Below the pieces are notes generated by a model. That model saw nothing but the letters and a program-made list of their open reading frames with translations, was not told where the DNA came from and searched no databases. Position numbers and translations under genes: made by a program. From positions 1 through 33,593 of the forward strand of contig JABANN010000386.1 in NCBI GenBank assembly GCA_013115125.1: a stretch of DNA of 33,593 nt, read 5' to 3'. Source of the stretch: Perkinsus olseni. Taxonomy: Eukaryota. Each line of letters opens with the position of its first letter. Position 1 is the stretch's first letter. Of the stretch, positions 1 through 11,500 are shown one piece after another.

Positions 1-185
1 CAGCTAATGTAAAATGCTGAAGAATCACAAGGTAACAAGTTGGTACCATACTAAGTCCGCGTACAGCAACACTTCGGCAGTGTCGTCGTTTGATTGGCGA
101 TTAGTTCTCCTCTTTCCTACTTGAGTTCCCAATTCCACTACAACACTCCGCTTCAGTCTGGGCAGATTAGATTATCTTTCCTGAA

Positions 186-1493
186 ATGCACTACCGCTTC
201 TCTCCGCACCATCTATCAAAGGCGACGCTTGTCTTCCATCTACTAGCAGTAGTCATAGCTCTGCCCCAGTCCGCTGTTGTGATCATAGAAAATTCTGCTA
301 GCCATCAAGTCCGCATAGAAGATGCCTTTCGTCGCCATCGCGACGGCGTCGGACTAGACAGATTCCCACGGGAAAAATTGAGGCGATTATCTGAATGCTT
401 TGAAGGGACGAGGAAATCAGCCGTGGTACAGTCCTTGGACAACATTGGCATGCAAATTGTCCACACCGGAGTTCCGGGCTGCCCTGCCTCTTACAGAGAC
501 ATCTGCAAGTTCGTCGAATCAGTGGCAAGTCGGGCGAACTACAGTCAATTTGCGTGCACTGAGGGATCGCGGAATTGTTTGGCACCGATGAGCGGAAGAC
601 GCTTGTGGTTTTCAAGGAGTGGTGCTTCGACCAGGGAGTTCGGGCCAGCGCGCCAGAGTAGCCTAGACTACCCTCCCAACGATCCGCTGTTTTCGAGCCA
701 GCAAACGCTTTTCGAAGCTCTTCGCGTTGAAGACACTTGGCGGGCGATCAAAAGTTCTGGTCTTCAGCGAAAGGCTGTTGTATTGACACTAATTGATACT
801 GGTGTAACACCTGGGCATCCTGAGCTCGAGGGACGGCTATTGAAAGAACGAGAGGCTGAGACCTACACTAAAAGGTCGAACGCCTGGGGCACTGGCCACG
901 GTACGATGATGGCCGGTATCATCGCCTCTAACACCAACAACATGGTCGGGCTAGCTGGCATTGCTGACAAAGTGAAGATTCGGTCAATCAGAATGAAGCC
1001 ATGTGGGTTGGGAGACGTCTCCATCACTCAATCCCTGTTTGCCTTCGAGAAGGCTCTCGAGATGAAAGAAACGAGCGTTGTGGTATATGCGTACGGCAAT
1101 CGCTTCACACCCGCAACGGCCCTCATTTTCGACCAGTTGCTCAAGAAAGTGACAAAGAAGGGGATTCTGGTCCTAGTGTCCTCTTCGAACTCTGACCGTG
1201 TTGATAGCAGAGAGGAGGTTCTCGTCCCCTGCTCTCTAGCTAATGGTATCCCAGGGGTCCTCTGCGTCACGGCGACGCAAGCGGAAGAATCGCTGGTCCT
1301 GGCAAGAAGGGTAGCGAAACTCGCCAGTCTTGGGGTGCCTGGGACTGAAGTAATGAGCTTGACACCGGAGCGCGACGGCGATGAATGGCTTTACGGTATG
1401 TTCCGAGGCTCGTCTGGCGCCACAGCAGCGGCTGCTGGAATAGTGGCGCTGATGAAGCCTTCAAGCCGGAGGAAGTCGAGAGGATGCTGTTGA
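186..1493 (+). CDS. Secreted subtilisin-like serine protease (peptidase S8), intronless; C-terminus frameshifted, possibly a pseudogene
   Basis: 435-aa ORF with a hydrophobic N-terminus (ATLVFHLLAVVIALP). S8 triad motifs are in order: LIDTGV (Asp), GHGTMMAGIIA (His), GSSGATAAAAGIVALM (Ser), with an oxyanion-site Asn in VSSSNS. A more typical S8 tail lies in another frame at 1460-1618. Confidence 0.9.
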   Translation: MHYRFSPHHLSKATLVFHLLAVVIALPQSAVVIIENSASHQVRIEDAFRRHRDGVGLDRFPREKLRRLSECFEGTRKSAVVQSLDNIGMQIVHTGVPGCPASYRDICKFVESVASRANYSQFACTEGSRNCLAPMSGRRLWFSRSGASTREFGPARQSSLDYPPNDPLFSSQQTLFEALRVEDTWRAIKSSGLQRKAVVLTLIDTGVTPGHPELEGRLLKEREAETYTKRSNAWGTGHGTMMAGIIASNTNNMVGLAGIADKVKIRSIRMKPCGLGDVSITQSLFAFEKALEMKETSVVVYAYGNRFTPATALIFDQLLKKVTKKGILVLVSSSNSDRVDSREEVLVPCSLANGIPGVLCVTATQAEESLVLARRVAKLASLGVPGTEVMSLTPERDGDEWLYGMFRGSSGATAAAAGIVALMKPSSRRKSRGCC

Positions 1494-2413
1494 ACGCTAC
1501 TGAGGGCCGAGTCAAAACGGAAGGTGGGGACTAGATGACATACGGCGTTCTTCGACCTGATCTGGCCGTCGACCAAGCGATAGCTGAGGCGAGGTTATCC
1601 TCTCAACGACGGTCTTGATGTATCCGAGGCCAGCTGGCACATTGTAGATTCTTCACTGCTCACTGATGGTTCCACGCACGTATGCGAGTCTTTTCCTGAA
1701 TTCTGGAGCTTGGCCCGCACTGCGTGAAGCGAAAAACGCGATAATGCGAGAAGTTTTTTTCACCATTATATTTGTATCGCGGGTGAAACTGCACTTACCA
1801 TCGCTCTACCATTTACCTTGTTCTGTATGTACGAAGCGCCGGTTGTGCCAAGTTGTCATGTGACTGAAAGCTCTTGCGCTTCGCTATGACTGAGTTGAAG
1901 ATTCAATCGCATAGTCTATAGGCTATCAATAATACTAGAAGGACGAGGAAGAGCGTCACCTCGTCTATCCATCGATCGTCCCGGGCACCGATTCAAGTGG
2001 TTAATCCCAACTTGAAGGTAAATCTACTACCCGCGCGACAAAATATGCAGTGGCTGTGTCCCACTGTGATGAACGCACTAGATCAACGCAAGTTTTGCGT
2101 CCAGGAAAAAAACTTCGTAATGGCTACCGAGCTGAGTTAACTCGGAGAATGGCTGATCGTACGAACGATAGCAATTTTCAGCAGTTTTTTGTCGCTATTG
2201 AGAGCAATGTTGTCTGAACGAGCCAGTTCAAATGGCATTGATGGGAGGACCTCATGTTGAGCTGCCCTAGTAGGGCAGGCTGTAGTACAGGCTGTAGGCT
2301 GCGAGGACCTCTTTGAAGATACAGAACTTAGCTTTGTGAGCTAAGGGCATGGGCTAACGACGACGAGGCAGCCCGTCAGAGAATGGAGCAAAAAGAAATG
2401 ATGGCCAGATGCC

Positions 2414-2833
2414 TCACCATCGCCCGACCTCAGATAGAAGTACACGCTTATTCTGGATCTCGACATAGGTCTCATTCTTGGACTGGAAATCGATGTATGT
2501 GAGATCCTTGGGGCCAAGCGTAATGTTGCAATTCTGATGTACTTCATCTCTGAGCTCATAGTATGCCTCCATATCTGATTGAGCGATCCTGAACCTGGAA
2601 GGGTACGGCCACAAGCCGCTATGGTAGACCATGACGAAATCCGCATGAATCGACTTCGCGTGGAGAGGAGCTGAGGCCAAGCCGCATTCAAAAGTGATGG
2701 TGGCATGTTGCCAACCGACCGAAGTGTATTCGATCTCGACGTCTGGCAAGGAATAGAGGTAGTCGATGATGTGGCCACCCACCGAGGCGACCCGAAGGAG
2801 AATCGAGAGCGGCCATGCGGGAGCGACGGTCAT
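2414..2833 (-). CDS. Small hypothetical protein, probably secreted
   Basis: 139-aa ORF with a signal-peptide-like start (MTVAPAWPLSILLRVASVGG), two Cys and globular composition. No family recognised. Confidence 0.5.
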   Translation of the reverse strand: MTVAPAWPLSILLRVASVGGHIIDYLYSLPDVEIEYTSVGWQHATITFECGLASAPLHAKSIHADFVMVYHSGLWPYPSRFRIAQSDMEAYYELRDEVHQNCNITLGPKDLTYIDFQSKNETYVEIQNKRVLLSEVGRW

Positions 2834-3555
2834 ACGTTCGAGGAAGAGAGAGAGATGAGAAAAAGTATCCTGTGGCGAGGCAAGACAGCGTGTCTGGCAC
2901 CACGCAGATCAAGTTTCGCTGCGTACCACGCAGTGCGTGGTAAAGATACTTTCCCGGGGTTGTGCCATGGAGACTTCAGTGTCTCGTCCCTTCCTTCGAG
3001 TGATATGGCGAGATTCCGGTATCCGCAGCTAATCAGAGCACGCGGGCACATAGCCAAGCTCGGGCGAGCTTATCGTCGCGACTCAGTAGAATGAACCGGA
3101 AGTGGATCTCGTTGATATCGGCAGGAAATGCAGACGTTACAGAGCCTGTATCAACGATTCTCCTTAGCGCTCCCTGACTACTCCACAACGACGGAGTAGT
3201 CGATAAATGGCGAGCTATATCTGTCAGCAATATAGTTGGTCGCGCGTGCGTGCTGCTAAACGGCCCGCTTCCCGCCGCCGCCGCGCTGATTTCTATCCGT
3301 TAGTGCACAAAGGCTGCGGGTCCGCCCGCTCTCGAATTGCGGAACTTCTCAGGATTGAGTTCATGGGAACACTGCTTACTTACTACCAGTATCTCGCTTC
3401 ATTCTAAGCCTCGCACTCGCGTGCGTTCTAGGCTAGAGCTTACGCTGGGCTAGAAGCTATTTATAGAAGCTCATTATCTGCCAACACCCCTCGAGCCCAA
3501 TTGCATCACTCTTCGAGCCCTTTCCCGAGTAGCCACACAGTGTGCCTGTAACCCG

Positions 3556-4444
3556 AACAGCATGCACTACACCTTTTAAATGCCTATTTCGGGGTCAGTA
3601 AGATCAATTTCGCAGGCCGAGCGAACACCCGCGCCAAGATAAGCCTTAGTAAAATCAATTTCGCAAGCGCGCGCGATAGTACAATCAATTTCAAGTGCGC
3701 GCTATAGTACAATCAATTTCGCCGGCATCCTCGAAGTAAGTCCAATTTCGACGAAATGCGGAAATCAATTTCGCCGGTAGTACATTCAATTTCGCCAGAG
3801 TAACGGATTACGATGTCTTGGTGCAGGCTGCTCGTTTTGCCTATTATCATGCCGAACCCAGGTCACAACTCCGATGATGAGAGCTACCATGGCTCTAGTG
3901 GCGAAAGTCATTATGGCTCCAGCGATGAGAGCCTCCGTAGCTCAGCCGCGGGAGATGGTCCAAACCCACCTCGTCGACAGCCACGGGGGAAATACAAGCA
4001 CGATGCATCGGTTCGTGCGCGTATTGTGAGGGCGGCCCTGGGAGGCCGCCCTCACAAGGCCGCCTTTGTGGAGGCCACAAGGAATTCTGTTTCACACTTG
4101 CATGATACTGCAGTCATACCATGGCTCGTTGTCAACCGCTGGTGGCAACCACAAGTCACCAGATGCATGCTAGGAGTTTCTTCTGATATAGTACGGCGCG
4201 TTGTATTCCCGAGATCGAACATCTGCCCTTTAGCGAAATTGAATGTACTACCGGCGAAATTGATTTCCGCATTTCGTCGAAATTGGACTTACTTCGAGGA
4301 TGCCGGCGAAATTGATTGTACTATCGCGCGCGCTTGCGAAATTGATTTTACTAAGGCTTATCTTGGCGCGGGTGTTCGCTCGGCCTGCGAAATTGATCTT
4401 ACTGACCCCGAAATAGGCATTTAAAAGGTGTAGTGCATGCTGTT
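3556..4444. mobile_element. Non-autonomous foldback DNA transposon with long TIRs
   Basis: 3556-3795 is the reverse complement of 4233-4444 (AACAGCATGCACTACACC...GGTGTAGTGCATGCTGTT), apart from a 28-bp duplication in the left arm. Motif CAATTTC occurs 7 times in the left arm and 6 times (inverted) in the right arm. The interior is 437 bp. Confidence 0.9.
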
Positions 4445-4991
4445 GAGCTGCTGTGCGCATGCGTGCAAGTCTACGGAGACACCGGCCCAGACACGGGGAT
4501 CTTCTTCCCTCTTGTATTAAACGCCTGTCCACAATGAGCCAGTAAATGCAATAACCAGGTAGATAACGAAGAGCTTAGTCTCGATAGCTGGCTGGCAGTC
4601 TAATGGCAGATCTAATGGCACGTCGCCATTGACGACACGAAAACGGAATTTTGTCCCTGCTTCGGTTGCTGAGAGTTGAAGGTCCTAGGGACCAGAGCCG
4701 GAGTATTGTGGCGGCCTTCCGGTCGATAGTAGGGGAAAGCTGCTTTGAGGCCGAAGATATGACCTCGAGCGCGTTCCGTCTGCGCGCCTGCTTCTTGAAA
4801 GCGGCCCCTTGCACGGTTCAACTAGTGGTATCGCCAAGTGCTCATCTCAGGGTCGTGGATATCGTAATGAGACGGGATAGTGAGCATGGTTTAGCGGAGC
4901 GATGCGAAGTTTCTCGTCATGAACGTTCCCTTTTCATGTTGTTGTTTCTCCCACACTATTCAATACAACCTGCCGGCGAGACGTCTGAAAG

Positions 4992-5099
4992 GTGACTTAG
5001 TGCCGAAAGAAAAGGTGGATGAGTTGAAGGAACAAGCAGAGCGAGCCTTCCAGGAGCTGCGAGAACAGGCCGACGAAGATATACGCCATCTCCAGTCGG

Positions 5100-5133
<34 letters not shown>

Positions 5134-8100
5134 GCTGCTGTGGAGCCCCGTCCAAGAGGATAGGACTGTTGTAGGAATTCCGGCGGCAAATGGCGGAAAA
5201 GGCGGCGGAGATTGAGGCATTGAAGGAAGAGCTGAAGGCACTGCGTGAAGGGAACGAGAATTTGGGCGCATCTCCTGTAATGGCCGCGCCCTACTGAGTT
5301 TGATAGAGATAATGGGTGCGCTTAGGATGGACAGGAGGCGGTTTTGGAGGAGATGGTGCGGCTGCAGGAGCAACTGACTGAGGCGGAGCGGCGGTCAGCT
5401 GAGCTCGGGAAGCAGGTGAGGAGTGGTATGGCCTTTTGAGGAAGTGGTGTGGCCAGTTGTGCCCCGTGTCCCTGCTCACTCAGCACACAAGCTGACTGCC
5501 GCCATATCTTAACCTAGCTAATCCCAATGATGTGACGCTGTCTATTCGTGAATCTTCAAGCGCTGGGGCTCCCAAAGACTGATGGCAGCGTGTTAGGTGG
5601 TCGCCCTGCAGAACACAGTCGATGCAGAGCGGCAGCAGGCTGCCGAGGATAGACGTCGTTTCGAGGAGAGCATGCGTGCCAGTGAGGAGACCAACAGACG
5701 GCTGAATGATGAGCTTGAACGACACAAGGAGGTACTCGCGTAATACGACTGGGTGGTGCGAAGAGGTCGTGAGTGTTTTGAAGGGACGTAGGCAACTGGA
5801 GGAGGCAGCGGATCATAGGTCGAACCTTGCAGTTGACAGAATGCGGGAAGATATGCAGGAAAAGGACAGGACGATCAAAGTAGTCTCCGCTGCCATCTCC
5901 TTTCCCCCTACTCGAGCCTCGATGAAGGCGCTTGAAGCGGCGCTGTCGAGTTCAAGAGGCGACCTGAGGCAACTGGAGTCCCGTGTGGGGAATCTGATGA
6001 ATCTAGTGAAAGAAGAGCGGGAGGGGGCGGAGCGGAAGGCTGCTGAAGTAGTCCTCGTATGATACTGCGTATGAGCTGAGAATTCTCTATGGTACGCTCA
6101 TTTCCGTTTTCTCCGTTCGTATTGGATACTATATCACAAAATCGATGGCCCGGGGCTACTGAAGGACATCGAGATAGGATGATTTCGAAATATCTCCGGG
6201 TGTTCAATAGACTGCTGCCTCTCCTGAGTTCCAAGGACGCTCCTAGAATCGCCTTTTGCACCGTGAAGTCAATCGTGGGAGCGCTCCTGATAGTCAGGAG
6301 AGGCCTGTTGAACACCCCTTCTGTGGCATTGCTTCTGTTCAAAATGATCGTCACGGTCGCGGCTTCGGGTAGTTGCTCGCGTGCACCTCGCTGGAGTCGC
6401 TGCTCGACGTAAAATTCCTTTCAGAAGTTCAGCACGGAAATTCGTAAAGTACGACGCAACTCGGAGAACACGGTGGCCGTGCTGCGGTCGAAGATACAGA
6501 AAATGGAAGCTGTTCATGCGGAAGCGGTCGAATCTTACGAAGGCCAAGTTGCGGCACTCAAAGCGGAGAGCTCGAAAATGCGAGCCAGGTAGTTTCTTTT
6601 GGGATCGAAAATTCCGGAGGGGAAGCAAAAAATTTTGCACTGTAGAAATCAGTAACAGCGTGATTCCTGCTGGAAACTATCGTCTGTAGAATCGCGGGAT
6701 AATTTTGGTAAAATATCGTGAGCATGGCCTTGGACAGCTTTGATAATGCAAGCAGTGCTGGTGGCGGTTCATCCGTGGGGATGTGCCATTGGCAGGCTGA
6801 ATAAAGTCAAGACTTCTACTGAGGCGAAAGAAGGGCAGTTCAACCATCTCGTCGACCAACTGGAGGTTCAGAAGGCAAGGGCGGTTGAAGCTCGGGAGGA
6901 GTTCTTAGAGGAACGACGGCGAAATAAGGAGCTAAACAGGAGGCTGGTGGGGGGGGGCTTCAAGGCGACTGCTCGTCCTGATGGGTTAATTTGTCGGAAG
7001 CAGGGATTTGTCGTACTTATCAGCGTGGTTCGCATGCAGTGGCATCTCGAAATTTAGAAATAATCTTCGCTTCGCTCCGCCGCTAAGAGGCTGATAATTG
7101 GAGCAGTGGAATCTATGTTATGATAGTCGCTGAATGGTGAATTGGAAATCACAATTTAGAATCACTTAAAGAGTCATGATCCCTGAATGATGAATTATTA
7201 ACCCGAGCTCTATTACGAGATAGATGAAAAGGGGGCGATGAGGAATCTTAGGTCCACTCGTGCTCTATCCAGAATTTGGTCCGAGTACCGCTTGAATTTC
7301 CCTCTGAATTGGGCGCACTAGTCCCCTGTCACATGAGTAATCGTCAGGCTGCGATGGAGCAAGAGGCGAGTCGGAGGTTCGCCACGGCAGAATTGGGTTC
7401 GAAGGCTTTGGAGCAGCGACTGCGGCAGTTGGGAGAGAGACGAGCGTCTTTGGCCAGTGCAGAGATCCTGGCGGAGGAGGTCGAAGATCTCAGGTTGAAG
7501 TATGTCATTGGCACGTGAACCAGCATCGCACCGCGAATCCTCGTGGTTAAGGACTTGATAATCTGATGGCTTGTAATGGGCACGAATCAAGCTTAGACTC
7601 TTCAGCTCGTCGCTTTTCTGCTGTTTTTCGGGCTTCTCGTCTTCCGTGTATTTTTCCCTCTTCCCTTCGTGCCAGAGTTGCTCGACTCACGACGGCCTTG
7701 ACCACAACCCGAGACGAACTAGAGAGGGAGCGTCGAGGCTCAGCGGAGGTCGTTGACAGCTTACAGAAGCGACTGAGTATCTTCTTGCGTGCAAAAGCCG
7801 AGAGTGAACCTCAAGTAAAGTGCAAGATACGTTTCGCGGACGAATCCAGCTCCCCTCTCTCTACTTAGTAACCTAATTCTGCAACTCGGAAACGATTTTG
7901 AAATTGATTTTTACACGTAAAATGATACGGTTCCAAAATCAATTCTGAGCTTTAGAGTTACTCTAAAGTTTGGCAACCGTACTGGTATCGAGGAAAGTAC
8001 GGTACGCAGTACGTTTCAAACTGACCACCTAGTACGGGTACGGAGGACTAGTACGTATTAAATATATTAACTAACGCATGCGTGTATTAAATTACGCCGT

Positions 8101-8379
8101 ACTTTAAGTACGGCGTACTAGTACGGTACTTGGGAACCCGCGCGACGGGTAGTACGGTTAGTACGGAGCCGTACTCGTACCCATACCGTACTAGACCATA
8201 CCCGTACTGTCGCCCACGTTACTCTGCTGATCGGCTCCCCTGTCTCCTTTCAGGCAAGCACCGTCAGCCTGCCGTCCAAGTGGGAGCCGCAGCCGCCATC
8301 GGCTAGGATGGGTGTTTCGACGAGAGGCTCTTTAAGCATGCCTGTTGATGATCAGCTAATTAGCCCTACTATAAAATAG
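4992..8379 (+). CDS. Multi-exon coiled-coil protein of unknown function (5' end not resolved)
   Basis: Series of E/R/K/L-rich heptad exons bounded by GT-AG, e.g. KEKVDELKEQAERAFQELREQAD, EFRRQMAEKAAEIEALKEELKALRE, LEQRLRQLGERRASLASAEILAEEVEDLRLK, RVARLTTALTTTRDELERERR. The last intron is 7815-8253 (phase 0) and the terminal exon 8254-8379 ends in TAG. Confidence 0.75.
5100..5133. repeat. (TAC)11 microsatellite at the 5' end of an intron
   Basis: Perfect TAC/ACT run starting within the GT donor. It explains the spurious poly-L, poly-S and poly-V ORFs in the track. Confidence 0.95.
7964..8217. mobile_element. GTAC-rich hAT-type MITE, copy 1 (intronic)
   Basis: Collinear with 10969-11164. Starts TAAAGTTTGGCAACCGTAC and ends GTACTGTCGCCCAC, with the last ~5 bp of the right TIR missing. 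Flanked by direct repeat GTTACTC (7957-7963 and 8218-8224). Confidence 0.85.
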
Positions 8380-8518
8380 AAGTCTCTTATTGAGCATTTT
8401 CCGAGTTTTCAAGTAACACTGTCGTGGTCTGGTCCGATCGCTTGGAGTGGTATCATTCACAGCGCTCAATAGCTCATCGTCCACGCCGCAGAAATTTCTG
8501 TCTGGTCACTGGTCACTA

Positions 8519-11500
8519 ATGCTTGAGGGTGATCAGAGCGTTGAGGCTGTTGATAACCTTTCTGATGAGGGCGTGGCAACGGTCGACTACGGTTTGGACA
8601 GCCAGGCTTCTTCGGTGGGACTCGAACCTCGTCCTTTTGCACTCTTGCCGATCTGGTCTACATAGATAGATGAACAAACAATAGTAAAACAATACGGGAT
8701 AAGATATGAAAATGATGTGCTGTTCGATACGATATTATATTGACTTGACTCAAGTAATACTCGAGAACGCCTTGACTCGAGTAATAGTAGCATCTTAATA
8801 TTAGCATTGCTAATACTGAGATGCTAACATTACTCAAGTCACTTGAGTGCTATTAGCATCTTCCGCTGTATTAATATCATCCTCATATGGCCACTCCTGG
8901 AGACCCCTCGGCGATGATCGAAGTGGAGGTGATGGTGAATTACGGCGCCCGACTGGAGGGTCCCCTCGACACTATAACACTGCCGTTGACAGTGAAGGAC
9001 TCGGAAAAGCGGAGGGTGGATATCGTCCTTATCCAGCCCTGGATGAGCCGTCTCAATTTCGTGCAGCCGGGCTATCGGGTAAGGAGCGGGCGTGGCTTTT
9101 TCGTCGAGGGGAGTACGAGAGACGCCATGAGTAAAAGAATTTGTGTAGTTTACCAGAATGGTCCTCAAACAAAATAGATGAATGAAAAGTATGGTAGATA
9201 TAAAGAAGATGGTGAGAGAATAGTCATTCTCAGAATGGGATACTTAGTAATTTAATGGCCATTCTTCAAATTGCTTCCAAAAAGCATTCAATTCGATTGA
9301 AGCTTTCCTCATACACCGTCCTGTACATGGTATAATCGCCACGTCTCTTCAGCACAAAGGCCGCTTCTGGCTGCTGTCATCACGCCAATAATACACAATA
9401 GTGGTCATTCAAGAACTCTTCCAGTCGCCAGCTGCTGCGGTCTTCGAACATTCAGTTCACTGTCAGCCGGATTCGCCAGCAAGTGGAGCTTCTCGCCCGT
9501 TCAGAGCCTCTGAGCATCGCGTCATCCCCTTAGTCTGTTCGGTCGTCATGAGCCCAGCATGAGCTGGCATCTCTCAATTCTTGCCAGATCATTTTCAAGA
9601 GCCTCCTGCTGGCCTCGAAGGACTCGTACGACCTGAAGTGCAGTCGAGAGGATTTCACGGAAAATTTCTATCGAGTTACGGGCGACGTGGAGGTAGGTAT
9701 CCTTCCTCCCTGTAGTTAATTGAAAAGACGTTATACGACGGCAATAAACTAATACTTGAGAATTTTTCGCCCTCTTTGGTTGCTCTCGTAGAACCTATTA
9801 GTAATAGGCTATTACTGGAGAGCTCGATTCTGGTTCTCTGCAGAAAATAAGATACTCGAAACGAGCTCCTGTTCACGGGAGTCTTGTTCGAGCAGTCTTC
9901 ACTTCGCAGACGCGCATCTTGAGTCATCGTTTTCGCCCATGGTCGACCTAAGATTCTTCAGAGTGCGAAGAATCTCTGCTACGCATGAGACGTTGCTGAC
10001 TGAGAGCTGGTCCGTGCTTTAGATATCCGATGGGAAGAAGGCGCGAAAACGAGATTCCTCCGGTGAGCTCATCGACCAGCTCGAGTACGGTGTTGTTGTT
10101 ATTACTAAGGATGGTGACGTGAAGGTTGAGGATGGTAAGCACGGCGTCTGTATTCTCTTCGAACGTATCTCGCCACTTGTCCTGATGAGTTTTCCATCCT
10201 CATGGGTGAGGGTAGCGGAATGCTCTTTTCCGTGATAGGGGCTGCTGTAGAGTGTCTGAGTTACTGTTGCGTGGGTCTTGATGATCAACTCAAATCGCTT
10301 ATGAGTTTCTTGATGAAGTATTTCAAAAGAATGTTTAACGGATATGATCTAGTAGCACAGAACCTAGAAGGTCACATCCTTGTAATTGCACACTAATACA
10401 CAAATAGTAATATGGCCATCTCAAGATATTACAAAAGATTGGTAATAAATATTATTATAAATTTAGTATTAATAAAATGGTCAGAACTGTGCATAATCAT
10501 ATTAGTGTTGTAGCACCAGCGGAAGCAACTCCTCGACATTGTCTTCTTCGTCACGGTCTTCACGGACGACTCAATAATTTGGTTGGTGCCGTTATACCGT
10601 CATCAAGGCGGGCATTGGCTCTCCCAGTATCTCATAGTGTTGTAGAGATGTGTCGAGGCGTTTGCTCTAGGAGAGACGAACCGATCGTCACAATAGCGGG
10701 GTGTCTCTGAATCTCAATAGAGTTGACGATGGAATGGTAGTAGTGGCGTTTTCTCCTCAGGTCGACACCTGTGCTGGGACTGCAACAAGATTGATTACAG
10801 AGTGGTAGTAGATCTGGAAAGGGGGGTATGAGGGGAGTAGCAGCGCCGATTACCATCCGTGGCGCTCGTTCAAGTCACTGTCCTCTTCGTTACTATCTGC
10901 ATGGTGTGGCATACCGTGGCCGGACCTCATCTTGGGTATATTAGTACCACTGTCCGTGGGCTTCAACTTAGATCTGGGCAACCGTACTGGATTTGAGGAA
11001 AGTACGGTACGGAGTACGTTTCAAAGTGTCAACTTAGTACGGGTACGGCGTACTAGTACGGTATTTGGGAACCGCTGTGACGGGTAGTACGGTTAGTACG
11101 GAGCCGTACTCGTACCCATACCGTACTCCGTACTAGACCGTACCCGTACTGTCGCTCACCTCTACTTCAACTCAGCAGACTTCTCTGAGGATACTGAGTC
11201 GGGGTTGGTCATGCACAGGGAATGCAAAGAGGACACAGTGAGATGATATCAACTGCAACACTATGATATATAGACTGATCTCAGATCATAACACTAATCG
11301 CTTGCTGTTTTCGGCGTGGACTTGGAAATCTCTGTGTATGCAGTTTAATGAGGCATGTAGCATTTCCAGTATGATGATGAAAAATTCATATTTAATATTA
11401 TTAACAGCTCGCCAATTATCAGGAGATCTTGGTAAATATTGAAAGATTTATTCACGCTTTTGGCCAACTTATTCCAACCATATTTACCAACTTCACAATG

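Noticed and set aside
3813..4424. 203-aa ORF as a complete gene
   Set aside because: The last third is read-through into the right TIR; only the N-terminal part looks coding.
7964..11164. LTR retrotransposon or composite element bounded by the two direct repeats
   Set aside because: Each repeat has its own TIRs and its own target-site duplication, there are no TG...CA ends, and no gag/pol lies between them.
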